From Gammaproteobacteria bacterium (GTDB taxonomy: Bacteria > Pseudomonadota > Gammaproteobacteria > Eutrophobiales > Eutrophobiaceae): a stretch of DNA of 64,000 nt. Position numbers and translations under genes: made by a program. The notes below the pieces were generated by a model. It did not search any database. It saw only the letters and a list, made by a program, of their open reading frames with translations, and was not told the DNA's origin. The stretch lies in NCBI GenBank assembly GCA_965243205.1, contig CBDEUK010000002.1:1056001-1120000 (forward strand), written 5' to 3'. Below, piece after piece: positions 40,356-49,537 of the stretch. Within the stretch, counting starts at the first letter, position 1. Each line of letters opens with the position of its first letter.

Positions 40356-42058
40356 ACGTCTTCTCCCTTAGCGCGTAGATCGTAAGATAATAATTGATCC
40401 ATGTTTTCGAAACGATGCGTTTGATTCGATTCTAAATAAAAATATTGATCAAAAAGATCTAAATCCAAACGATTAGATAAGTGGATTAACGTTAATCCAT
40501 TAATGTTTTTCAATTCATTTAAAATCTTAATTCGATGTTTTACTTGTAAGACATCAAATAATTGCGAAAGTATCAGGATCTTAGGCTTGGATAGAATTGC
40601 CTGAGCAATTTTCAAACGTATTACTTCATCACTTGATAGTGGATTACCATTAGGCATTAAAACTTGTTCGAGTTTTAATGGTAAGTTATCAACCACTCCT
40701 TTCAGCTCTACTTTTTCTAATACATTGATGATATCTGCATGAGTAATATCCTTATCCGATATTTTTAGATATTCAGATATTGTTCCCTCAGGTAAGAATA
40801 AATTATCGACCACTACAATATCATCACGTAAGTTCTGAATATCTAAATCATTCTTTTGTAAATCTCCATACCATATATGGCCTTTCTCAGGTTCTTGAAA
40901 ACCTAAAACCAGATCAATAAACAGTTTGGAAATAATACTTTTATCGATGGTCACTAATGAAGCAGAACCTTGAGAGAAAGTGAAATCAAAATAAAAAGAT
41001 TGGTTTCGATCATTCACAAATAACTCTTCAAACTTTAAAGAAGAATTCCAATCCTTATAAACAGTAGTGGTATTATTTTTTTCAAGTTCTAATTCAAAAA
41101 AGGCTGATAATTTCTTAAGTGCCGCGCAAATTTCATAATAAATTTCCAAATAAAAACCTAAGCGCGAAAGCCCAAAAAATATGAAAGATAGTACTAATTC
41201 AGCAGCAACTAATTGGCCTATGGTTAATTGATTTTGAATCACTAATAGACCACCCAAACCAAGCAAACCCGCACTGGCTATTGCATATAAAATAAGAAAA
41301 CCAATATTTTGAAAAATAATGTAATTGAAATGTCTACGATGAGAGTCTAGATATTGATGGTTCAATTCTTGAGATTTTTTAATCGCATAATTTAGTTTTT
41401 TTTCACCTCGGAAAAAACTATTGTTTTTAGCCAATGTTTCTAACCAACTTGCCATAGAATATTTATCAGTGGAATTTTCTAATGATGTTCTTAATGCAGC
41501 TCTATGAACTACAAGCCAAATTAGAAAAATTAATAAGGAATAACTGGCTAGAAATATCAAGAAAAATGGATGATAAAACGAGACAATTAAAAAACCTACA
41601 ACCGTCGTTTCAACTAAAGTTAAACCACCAATCAGTAATACTGGCAATCTGCCTTGAATGGTCATAATTTCAAAATAACGGTTTTGTAGTTCTTCTACGT
41701 TAAAACTTTGAATCTCTTTAGGGTTGGCATGTAATGTTCTTGCTGTAATCTCAGAACAAATCCTGGAATAAAACCGTCTTTCAAATAACTCTACGATATA
41801 GAGTTGTAAGCTAGCAAAGACGGCAGATAACAATAGTAAGCCCAACAATAAGATTGCTAGTGTAATTACCGCATTTTGACTGCCAGTATTAGTAACTGTT
41901 TCGATCAGCATCTGCACAGATAGCGGCACAGACAATGTCAATATACTTACAACAACACCATACAATAATATGATGAAGGCAAATTGCTTATCGTCAGATA
42001 ATAATAATTTTACTAACTGGAAGATTGAAAAATCACTTAACTGATTTTTCATACGCAC
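40352..42058 (-). CDS. Type I secretion/export ABC transporter with degenerate nucleotide-binding domain
   Basis: 6-TM ABC membrane domain (LTIGQLVAAE); NBD lacks Walker A GxxGxGKS, signature LSSDE, Walker B LILSQ. Confidence 0.85.
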   Translation of the reverse strand: MRMKNQLSDFSIFQLVKLLLSDDKQFAFIILLYGVVVSILTLSVPLSVQMLIETVTNTGSQNAVITLAILLLGLLLLSAVFASLQLYIVELFERRFYSRICSEITARTLHANPKEIQSFNVEELQNRYFEIMTIQGRLPVLLIGGLTLVETTVVGFLIVSFYHPFFLIFLASYSLLIFLIWLVVHRAALRTSLENSTDKYSMASWLETLAKNNSFFRGEKKLNYAIKKSQELNHQYLDSHRRHFNYIIFQNIGFLILYAIASAGLLGLGGLLVIQNQLTIGQLVAAELVLSFIFFGLSRLGFYLEIYYEICAALKKLSAFFELELEKNNTTTVYKDWNSSLKFEELFVNDRNQSFYFDFTFSQGSASLVTIDKSIISKLFIDLVLGFQEPEKGHIWYGDLQKNDLDIQNLRDDIVVVDNLFLPEGTISEYLKISDKDITHADIINVLEKVELKGVVDNLPLKLEQVLMPNGNPLSSDEVIRLKIAQAILSKPKILILSQLFDVLQVKHRIKILNELKNINGLTLIHLSNRLDLDLFDQYFYLESNQTHRFENMDQLLSYDLRAKGEDV

Positions 42059-42171
42059 AATCGCTGCAATTTTAAATGATAGATATTCATGTCTATGACA
42101 TTAACGGCAAAATCGTTACAGACTAATGATTATAAAATTAAATTTATTTAATTTGTTAATTTAAATTTAGA

Positions 42172-42675
42172 CTATTGGTAAATTTCTACCATTTTAAGTA
42201 ACTGAGGATAGTGAGGGGACTTTTCATTAATATTAAGTTCGCCATTGGTGAGTTTGGCTTCAAAATCTTCACAAGCTACAGTTTTTTCTTGTGTGTTACC
42301 TGTGATGATTTCTCGGGTAATATTCGTGCCGCGCATTTCGATGACACTTTTAATTTTTTGCTGCTCATATTGAGCAACTCCTTCACCACTGTGGTTTCTG
42401 ATTCTATTTAAATAAAAGTTTGTCCATTGATCAACTGCCTCTACATATTCCTGATTGTTCTGTTGCCATTCTTGGACTAGATTTTCTCGCCATGAATCAT
42501 CTTGTTGTAATAATGTATGGCATTCAGTTGTCGCCTTTTGAACAAATGACTGAAGCATATTGACATAGCCTGAAGCTTCATTATTCAAAGAGGTTTCTGT
42601 AAAGTCATCAGCGGATGTAAGAGTAGCAAAGAAAAGGATGAAGGCACTAAACAACTTTTTGAATATTACCTTCAT
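42172..42675 (-). CDS. Secreted hypothetical protein
   Basis: N-terminal signal peptide, two Cys, 5 bp downstream of glmM. Confidence 0.7.
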   Translation of the reverse strand: MKVIFKKLFSAFILFFATLTSADDFTETSLNNEASGYVNMLQSFVQKATTECHTLLQQDDSWRENLVQEWQQNNQEYVEAVDQWTNFYLNRIRNHSGEGVAQYEQQKIKSVIEMRGTNITREIITGNTQEKTVACEDFEAKLTNGELNINEKSPHYPQLLKMVEIYQ

Positions 42676-42680
42676 CGTAT

Positions 42681-44021
42681 TTAAGCAGCTAAAGCCGTTT
42701 TAACTTGTTCGGCAAGTTCATTTGCAAGTGTGTTAGCAACTTCTGAATCTTCGGCCTCCACCATAACTCGAATGAGTGGTTCTGTTCCAGATGGTCTTAA
42801 TAACACTCGACCACTATCACCTAATTTTTCTTCTGCATTTTTAACTGCAGAGTCTATGTCAGGGTAATCGGTAAGATTCACTTTGTTTTGAATTCGTACA
42901 TTAACCATTGTTTGAGGACATTTGATCATGCCTTTCTTTAAATCATGTAAAGATTGCTCATTTAAAGCAATACTTTCCATCACCTGTAAAGCAGAAATAA
43001 TTCCATCGCCAGTTGTTGTCATATCTAAATTAATAATATGACCAGAAGATTCACCACCAAGTTTTAAATTATCGGCCAAGAGTTTTTCTAAAATATAACG
43101 ATCTCCAACTTTAGCACGATGAAATTCTAAGCCCATGTTCTTGATCGCAATTTCTAAACCTAAATTACTCATCAAGGTACCAACAACACCACCATTAAGT
43201 TCGTCCTTACGAGATTTACTGATGATGTATAAAGCTTCGTCTCCATCAACCACTTCACCTTCATGGTCAACTAAGATCAATCGATCAGCATCGCCATCAA
43301 GCGCGATACCTACATCAGCTCGGTGTTCTAATACCGCTTTTTGTAAAAGATCTGGCTTGGTCGCACCACACTCAGCATTGATATTTAAACCATCAGGTTG
43401 ATGACCAATATTGATCACATCAAAACCGAGCTCATCAAAAATAATGGGAGCCAATTTATAAGCAGCACCATGAGCGCAATCTAATACAACTCTAATTTTC
43501 TTATAATTTAATCTTGGGTTAATTTTGTATTTACAAAATTCGATATAACGTCGACCAGCGTCTTCCATACGAATCGCTTTACCAAGATGTCGTGAATGAA
43601 CGGTCTCTAAAGGCTTATCTAATTCTGCTTCGATTTCTAATTCAACTTGATCAGGTAATTTCAAACCTTCTGATGAGAAGAATTTAATACCATTGTCATA
43701 GTAAGGATTGTGAGAAGCACTGATGACGATACCACCGAGTGCGCGTGTCGTTTTTGTCAGGTAAGCAATTCCTGGTGTTGGCATGGGTCCTAATAGGCAA
43801 ACATCGATTCCAGCCGCGGATAAACCAGCTTCGAGTGAAGACTCAAACATATAACCTGATATGCGCGTATCTTTACCGATAAGAATTGGACCTTCGCCAC
43901 CTTTAGAAAGAATACGGCCAGCTGCCCACCCAAGTTTCATTACAAAGTCTGGGGTGATAGGTCCCTCACCTACACTGCCACGAACCCCATCGGTACCAAA
44001 ATATTTACGTTCTTGAGCCAA
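42681..44021 (-). CDS. glmM: Phosphoglucosamine mutase
   Basis: YFGTDGVRG, ISASHNP, DGDADR, RPSGTEP. Confidence 0.97.
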   Translation of the reverse strand: MAQERKYFGTDGVRGSVGEGPITPDFVMKLGWAAGRILSKGGEGPILIGKDTRISGYMFESSLEAGLSAAGIDVCLLGPMPTPGIAYLTKTTRALGGIVISASHNPYYDNGIKFFSSEGLKLPDQVELEIEAELDKPLETVHSRHLGKAIRMEDAGRRYIEFCKYKINPRLNYKKIRVVLDCAHGAAYKLAPIIFDELGFDVINIGHQPDGLNINAECGATKPDLLQKAVLEHRADVGIALDGDADRLILVDHEGEVVDGDEALYIISKSRKDELNGGVVGTLMSNLGLEIAIKNMGLEFHRAKVGDRYILEKLLADNLKLGGESSGHIINLDMTTTGDGIISALQVMESIALNEQSLHDLKKGMIKCPQTMVNVRIQNKVNLTDYPDIDSAVKNAEEKLGDSGRVLLRPSGTEPLIRVMVEAEDSEVANTLANELAEQVKTALAA

Positions 44022-44083
44022 AACTCTACTCCTTATCCAATTAAATTTTCTGTTTTAAAAAATAGATAGAGTGTGGTTATGAA

Positions 44084-46018
44084 TCAAGCTGGTTTCGCAT
44101 CACCATCGATTGAAGGATCCGAATCAGATTTTTTATTTTTATTTTCATTCGATGAATTTTCGATAGAACCATTATTATCGTCATCATCGTCCCATCCTGA
44201 AGGTTTGCGAGGCACTTTACCTTCCATGATGTCATCGATCTGGCCAGCATCAATGGTTTCATATTTCAATAATGCCTCAGCCATTAAATGCAGCTTATCC
44301 ATATTTTCATTCAGGATCTGCTCCGCACGTTGATAATTGCGATCAATTACCGATCTTATTTCTTCATCTATCGCATGTGCCGTGTCATCAGATATGGCTT
44401 TATGTTGTGTAACGGAACGTCCTAGGAAGACTTCTCCGTCTTCTTCGGTATATGTTAATGGACCAAGCTTATCGGACAAGCCCCACTTGGTAACCATGTT
44501 GCGAGCGAGTTCAGTCGCACGTTCGATGTCGTTACTCGCGCCAGTAGTCACACCATCTTTACCTAACGTTAACTCTTCAGCGATACGACCACCAAATAAA
44601 CTGGAGATACGACTTTCCAATTCTTGTTTACTTTGGCTATAACGATCTTCTTCAGGCAAATACATGGTGACACCGAGTGCCCGACCACGTGGAATAATCG
44701 TAACTTTATAAACTGGATCATGTGAAGGCACTAATCGTCCAACAATAGCGTGTCCGGCTTCATGATAAGCCGTATTCTTTTTCTCTTCTTCACTCATGAC
44801 CATAGAGCGACGCTCCGCCCCCATCATAATCTTATCTTTAGCGCGTTCGAAGTCTTCCATATCAACTAACTTCTTATTTGCACGCGCAGCGAACAACGCT
44901 GCTTCATTTACTAAGTTCGCTAAATCAGCACCAGAAAAACCTGGCGTTCCTCGAGCAAGTAAGTTTGGTTTGACTGAATCAGCTGCAGGCACTTTACGCG
45001 TATGCACTTTTAAGATTTGTTCACGACCACGAATATCTGGTAATGGCACAACCACTTGGCGATCGAAACGACCTGGCCGTAATAAGGCAGGATCTAACAC
45101 ATCGGGGCGGTTCGTTGCGGCAATCACGATGATACCTTCATTACCTTCAAAACCATCCATCTCAACTAATAATTGGTTTAAGGTTTGTTCGCGTTCATCA
45201 TGGCCACCACCTAAACCAGCACCACGATGACGACCGACCGCATCGATCTCATCAATAAAAATAATACAAGGTGCATGCTTTTTAGCTTGCTCAAACATAT
45301 CGCGAACGCGTGAAGCGCCTACACCCACAAACATTTCGACAAAATCTGAACCAGAGATAGTAAAGAAAGGTACTTTCGCTTCACCAGCAATGGCTTTTGC
45401 TAATAAGGTTTTACCAGTACCTGGCGAACCTACCATTAAAACACCTGATGGAATCTTTCCACCCAGTTTTTGGAATTTTGAAGGATCACGTAAAAATTCT
45501 ACGAGTTCTGATACTTCTTCTTTCGCTTCTTCTACACCCGCAACATCGCTAAATGTCACTCGGACTTGGTCTTCGCCTAAGAGACGTGCACGTGATTTAC
45601 CAAAGGAAAGCGCACCACGGCCGCCGCCGCCGCCTTGCATTTGGCGCATGAAATAAATCCAAACACCGAGTAATAATAAGATCGGAAACCATGAAATAAA
45701 TGCATGAGTCCAAAATGAGCTTTTATTCGGTTGTGCGGCTTTGATTTGAACGCCACGATCTAATAATAATGAAATCAATGGATCGTTATTGGTTTCAGGG
45801 CTATTAACCGTGAATGGAGAGCCATCATTACGTACACCATCAATGATGGTTTTGGTTTCATCGAATGTGACCGATTGAATTCGTCCTGATTTCACTTCCG
45901 ACAGGAAATCAGAATAAATAAGATTCTGCGATGGTGGTGTCGCAAAGTTTTTAAACACCATCATTAATGCCAAGGTGATGACAATCATTAACACCAGAGT
46001 TCTGGCTGTTTCGTTCAA
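44084..46018 (-). CDS. ftsH: ATP-dependent zinc metalloprotease FtsH
   Basis: [21 protein letters not shown]. Confidence 0.99.
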   Translation of the reverse strand: MNETARTLVLMIVITLALMMVFKNFATPPSQNLIYSDFLSEVKSGRIQSVTFDETKTIIDGVRNDGSPFTVNSPETNNDPLISLLLDRGVQIKAAQPNKSSFWTHAFISWFPILLLLGVWIYFMRQMQGGGGGRGALSFGKSRARLLGEDQVRVTFSDVAGVEEAKEEVSELVEFLRDPSKFQKLGGKIPSGVLMVGSPGTGKTLLAKAIAGEAKVPFFTISGSDFVEMFVGVGASRVRDMFEQAKKHAPCIIFIDEIDAVGRHRGAGLGGGHDEREQTLNQLLVEMDGFEGNEGIIVIAATNRPDVLDPALLRPGRFDRQVVVPLPDIRGREQILKVHTRKVPAADSVKPNLLARGTPGFSGADLANLVNEAALFAARANKKLVDMEDFERAKDKIMMGAERRSMVMSEEEKKNTAYHEAGHAIVGRLVPSHDPVYKVTIIPRGRALGVTMYLPEEDRYSQSKQELESRISSLFGGRIAEELTLGKDGVTTGASNDIERATELARNMVTKWGLSDKLGPLTYTEEDGEVFLGRSVTQHKAISDDTAHAIDEEIRSVIDRNYQRAEQILNENMDKLHLMAEALLKYETIDAGQIDDIMEGKVPRKPSGWDDDDDNNGSIENSSNENKNKKSDSDPSIDGDAKPA

Positions 46019-46085
46019 AGTAATTACCTCACTATTGTTACTTTAAGCCGGCAATGCCGGTATTTTTAATCAAATATTACTATAA

Positions 46086-46706
46086 CTATAGCGTAAAGCC
46101 TTGTGCGAGCATATAAAATTCTCGTGAGCTTTCACGCGAAGCCTTCGGTTTTATGACCGTGACTTTGTCAAAACTTTCCTTCACATCCGACTTGTATTGG
46201 TCGATTCCAGCGCCCTGAAAACACTTCATTAACATCTGTCCTTGAGGTTTTAAGGTGTTTCGAGCCAGATCGAGAACCAGCTCCAGCAAATACACACTTT
46301 TGGCCTGATCGGAGGCCTTTATACCTGACATATTGGGGGCCATATCAGAAATTACAATGTCTACTTGCTCATTATTTAATCGTTCCAGGCACTGATCGAA
46401 TACTTCCTGTTCTGTAAAGTCACCTTGGATGATATCGGCACCGACAATCGCATCCATTGCTAAAATATCGACTGCAAGTAACAGGCCTTTATTACCAATT
46501 TTTTCAACCACATACTGCGACCAACTACCCGGCGCGGCCCCAAGATCGATTACCCGCATACCTGGTTTGAATAGACGGTATTTATCATCGATTTCAATCA
46601 ATTTATAAACCGCGCGCGAGCGATAATGTGACAGCCTCGCCTGTTTTGTGTAAACATCTCGATTCTGGCGATCAAGCCATTGGCGTGAACTGGGGCGTCT
46701 ACTCAT
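46086..46706 (-). CDS. rlmE: 23S rRNA Um2552 methyltransferase
   Basis: YRSRAVYKL, DLGAAPGSW, SDMAPN, KPKASR. Confidence 0.96.
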   Translation of the reverse strand: MSRRPSSRQWLDRQNRDVYTKQARLSHYRSRAVYKLIEIDDKYRLFKPGMRVIDLGAAPGSWSQYVVEKIGNKGLLLAVDILAMDAIVGADIIQGDFTEQEVFDQCLERLNNEQVDIVISDMAPNMSGIKASDQAKSVYLLELVLDLARNTLKPQGQMLMKCFQGAGIDQYKSDVKESFDKVTVIKPKASRESSREFYMLAQGFTL

Positions 46707-46745
46707 GGGTCTTATCTGTAGGAATTCATTTCAGGAATAATAAAT

Positions 46746-47246
46746 ATGACTTATAAATCAAATAATTACAAACTTACATTTGCACTTTTCAGTCTATTTT
46801 TACTCAGTGCCTGCACCAATTTTACCAAAGAATCACTGCCTCCGACTTTTTCTTTAGTCAGCATTAATGTGGTTGAATCAACGCTATTTGAACAAAAACT
46901 CGAAATTGGGTTACGCGTGAAAAACCCAAACGATCATTCCATCAATGTCCGTGGCGCCAATGCCTTAATGGAAATCAATTCCATTCCGTTCGCTGATGGT
47001 TTTATTAATGAAGGAAAACGTATCGATGCCTATAGTGATGAAGTGTTTACTATCACTGCAACGACTAATTTATCTCGGATTTTAAAACAAATCGGCAAGA
47101 TTGCTGAAACTGGTGTGGTTGACTACGCACTCTCAGGCGGATTAAAGCTGGATAACCTTATTACGCCAATTCCATTCAACGAAACAGGGGAATTATCTCT
47201 TAATGAGTTATTTCCTACTTTTCAGCAATTCAACCAGGGAATTTGA
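46746..47246 (+). CDS. LEA-2/WHy-domain lipoprotein
   Basis: Lipobox LSAC; LFEQKLEIGLRVKNPN. Confidence 0.8.
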   Translation: MTYKSNNYKLTFALFSLFLLSACTNFTKESLPPTFSLVSINVVESTLFEQKLEIGLRVKNPNDHSINVRGANALMEINSIPFADGFINEGKRIDAYSDEVFTITATTNLSRILKQIGKIAETGVVDYALSGGLKLDNLITPIPFNETGELSLNELFPTFQQFNQGI

Positions 47247-47287
47247 TTTATCTTAGATACATTCTAAGTAAGTAATTCGAAACAGAC

Positions 47288-48193
47288 TCAAGGATGATAA
47301 CAAGCCAAATCTTGCGCCACGCTTAGCGTGCCAAAAAAATTTTCTTGGATAGACTGTTTACTTTTTTCCAGCACATTAATACTTCGTGACATTAAATGCG
47401 ATAACACTAATTGTTTGATGCTGGCATTTGCTGCAAGCTGACCGATGTAACGAGGAGTCGCGTGTAATTTTTTTGCAATTCTTCCTGCATTATCAGGAAT
47501 CGCATGTGCCATAATCAATAAATCTGCATCTTGAATCAATTTAGCAAATACTGGATTGTGGTTACTTTGATCACCTGAGATCGCAATCCGTTTATTTTGA
47601 GTTTCGATCAAAACGGCTATCGCAGGTACTGGACCATGATGCACACCCACTGCAGTTAAGGTTAAATCCTCATTTTGAAATAACAACAAAGGATCTTTTG
47701 AAACCGAGTCAACATCACGGGCGTCAATTTGATATTTGCCAGAGCCATCGACAAATTCACTTAGGTATCGATAGATACCCACTTTGGGATCAAATAAGCC
47801 TGTTATAAATTCGGTAGTACTGGGCCACTGATTTCTTCCAGTTGGACCATAGATTTTTAATGGTTCTGTACGGTCAGAAAAATAACTGCTTTTTAATAAT
47901 GCAGGTAAGTCCGCTGAATGGTCTGCATGTAAATGTGTTAAAACAATCGCATCCAAGTCTTCGAAGTCAGCACCACTTTGTGCAAACCTCAACATTACAC
48001 CGCCACCAGTATCGACTAATAGTCGCGCTTTATTATCAATCCATAATAAATAACCACTCGAAGCACGATTATCATCAGCAATCGGCCCACCCGAACCTAA
48101 TACTTGCAAGGTCAGGTTTTTATTACACTCAGCAAACGAATAAGAGGAATAAAAAAAACTGAAAATAAATATAAAGTAGAAAATTAATCGCAT
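47288..48193 (-). CDS. Secreted MBL-fold metallohydrolase (RNase Z/arylsulfatase-like)
   Basis: LGSGGP, THLHADH, HGPVPA, SGD, LSH; signal peptide from ATG 48193. Confidence 0.85.
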   Translation of the reverse strand: MRLIFYFIFIFSFFYSSYSFAECNKNLTLQVLGSGGPIADDNRASSGYLLWIDNKARLLVDTGGGVMLRFAQSGADFEDLDAIVLTHLHADHSADLPALLKSSYFSDRTEPLKIYGPTGRNQWPSTTEFITGLFDPKVGIYRYLSEFVDGSGKYQIDARDVDSVSKDPLLLFQNEDLTLTAVGVHHGPVPAIAVLIETQNKRIAISGDQSNHNPVFAKLIQDADLLIMAHAIPDNAGRIAKKLHATPRYIGQLAANASIKQLVLSHLMSRSINVLEKSKQSIQENFFGTLSVAQDLACYHP

Positions 48194-48236
48194 ATTTATC
48201 AAAGACAATAAGAATGAATAGATCAATTTTAGTACT

Positions 48237-48299
48237 TTATTTATGACTAGGAAAACGTAGTTTGTCCCCTATTAAATACATCCGTGGTCGACGAGGCAT
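48237..48299 (-). pseudogene. 5' stub of a RAYT/Y1 tyrosine transposase
   Basis: AAGGAG RBS then MPRRPRMYL, typical of RAYT N-termini, cut off at an AATAGGGGACAAACTACGTTTT site. Confidence 0.5.
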
Positions 48300-48415
48300 A
48301 GCAAACTCCTTTTGCTGATGTAGAAAAGATTAATTGTAATCTAATAACTAGAAAAAATAGTGAAACATAATCACTCTATATAATGATTGGTCAAAATTAA
48401 ATCACTCCGACACCT

Positions 48416-48820
48416 TTAGCCGTTCCTTTTTAAAATAACCGTGACATAAATAATGGATAAAAAATAAATTATAAAAAACACTAACATCATTGATAAATTT
48501 ATATAACGAAACTGTCTAGAATGATCTAGATGAAGTAGTATTTGATTTAGCAAGCAAATTACAAAATAAGATGAATTTACTAAAACAAACCATTTATTTA
48601 ATTTAAGAGGTAAGTCTTCAAAAAATAATTTTCTTTTTATCCATGAATAGAGGATAACTAATTCGACAAGAAGTATGCCAGGTATAGCATCTGGTATTTC
48701 ATCTCCTATAGATAACAAAAATGGAGGCATCATTATTAATACATTTATACCAACAGAACTATAAGTACAGAGACCAGTTCTATTTTCTTCAGCCTTATTA
48801 GTTTTGCTTATTTTTTCCAT
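48416..48820 (-). CDS. AT-rich hypothetical membrane protein (possible immunity protein)
   Basis: 134 aa, about 4 TM; ATG overlaps the stop of an upstream start-less frame (TAATG); stop lies in the left repeat. Confidence 0.6.
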   Translation of the reverse strand: MEKISKTNKAEENRTGLCTYSSVGINVLIMMPPFLLSIGDEIPDAIPGILLVELVILYSWIKRKLFFEDLPLKLNKWFVLVNSSYFVICLLNQILLHLDHSRQFRYINLSMMLVFFIIYFLSIIYVTVILKRNG

Positions 48821-49014
48821 TATCTGTTATTTATATCATTTAAGTGAATATCTGCACTATGATTCATTAGTTCTAAACCAAGGACCAACGGCCTAGCTTG
48901 AGGTGCCACTTTGAGTATATCAGTACCAACGTAGTAATTTGTTGCGTCTAATATTCCTTGTCCTGCTCCTAAAGAATCAAACTCACTTAAATAATTTAAA
49001 AGTGCCGGAGTAAT
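48820..49014 (-). pseudogene. Start-less 3' gene fragment (64 codons)
   Basis: Open frame ITPALLNYLSEF...HLNDINNR* beginning inside the right inverted repeat. Confidence 0.45.
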
Positions 49015-49060
49015 TTATTTTTAACCGATTATCTTTTTAGTTCAACATCAGTTGCTATGA

Positions 49061-49537
49061 CTAAATATATTGAACTTCAACGATCTCGTATTCGATATTG
49101 CCGCCAGGGGCATTAACATCAACAACATCGCCTTCTTCTTTACCAATCAATGCGCGAGCAATAGGTGATGTAACAGAAATGAGTTTTTGTTGGATATCGG
49201 CTTCTTCTTCACCAACGATTTGATAAGTGACTTCTTCTTCGGTCTCTAAATTTTCAACACTCACTGTTGCACCAAATACTACTTTGCCGTTGGCATTTAC
49301 TTTAGTGATATCGATCACTTCGGCTTCAGCAAGTACACCTTCGATATGTTGAATACGACCTTCGTTAAAACTTTGTTGTTCACGCGCAGCATGGTATTCC
49401 GCATTTTCACTTAAATCACCATGCGCTCTTGCTTCTGCAATCGCTTCGGTTATACGCGGACGTTCGACAGTTTTTAATTCTTTTAATAGAGCACGTAGTT
49501 TTTCTTCACCTTTCATGGTTAAGGGAGCTCTAGCCAT
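49061..49537 (-). CDS. greA: Transcription elongation factor GreA
   Basis: [30 protein letters not shown]. Confidence 0.98.
   Translation of the reverse strand: MARAPLTMKGEEKLRALLKELKTVERPRITEAIAEARAHGDLSENAEYHAAREQQSFNEGRIQHIEGVLAEAEVIDITKVNANGKVVFGATVSVENLETEEEVTYQIVGEEEADIQQKLISVTSPIARALIGKEEGDVVDVNAPGGNIEYEIVEVQYI

Larger units (their letters stand above)
48383..49032. mobile_element. Cassette bounded by ~36-bp imperfect inverted repeats
   Basis: Left arm read on minus: TAAAGGTGTCGGAGTGATTTAATTTTGACCAATCAT; right arm on plus: TAAAAGTGCCGGAGTAATTTATTTTTAACCGATTAT; 16/19 identity in the core (48399-48417 vs 48998-49016). Confidence 0.55.
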
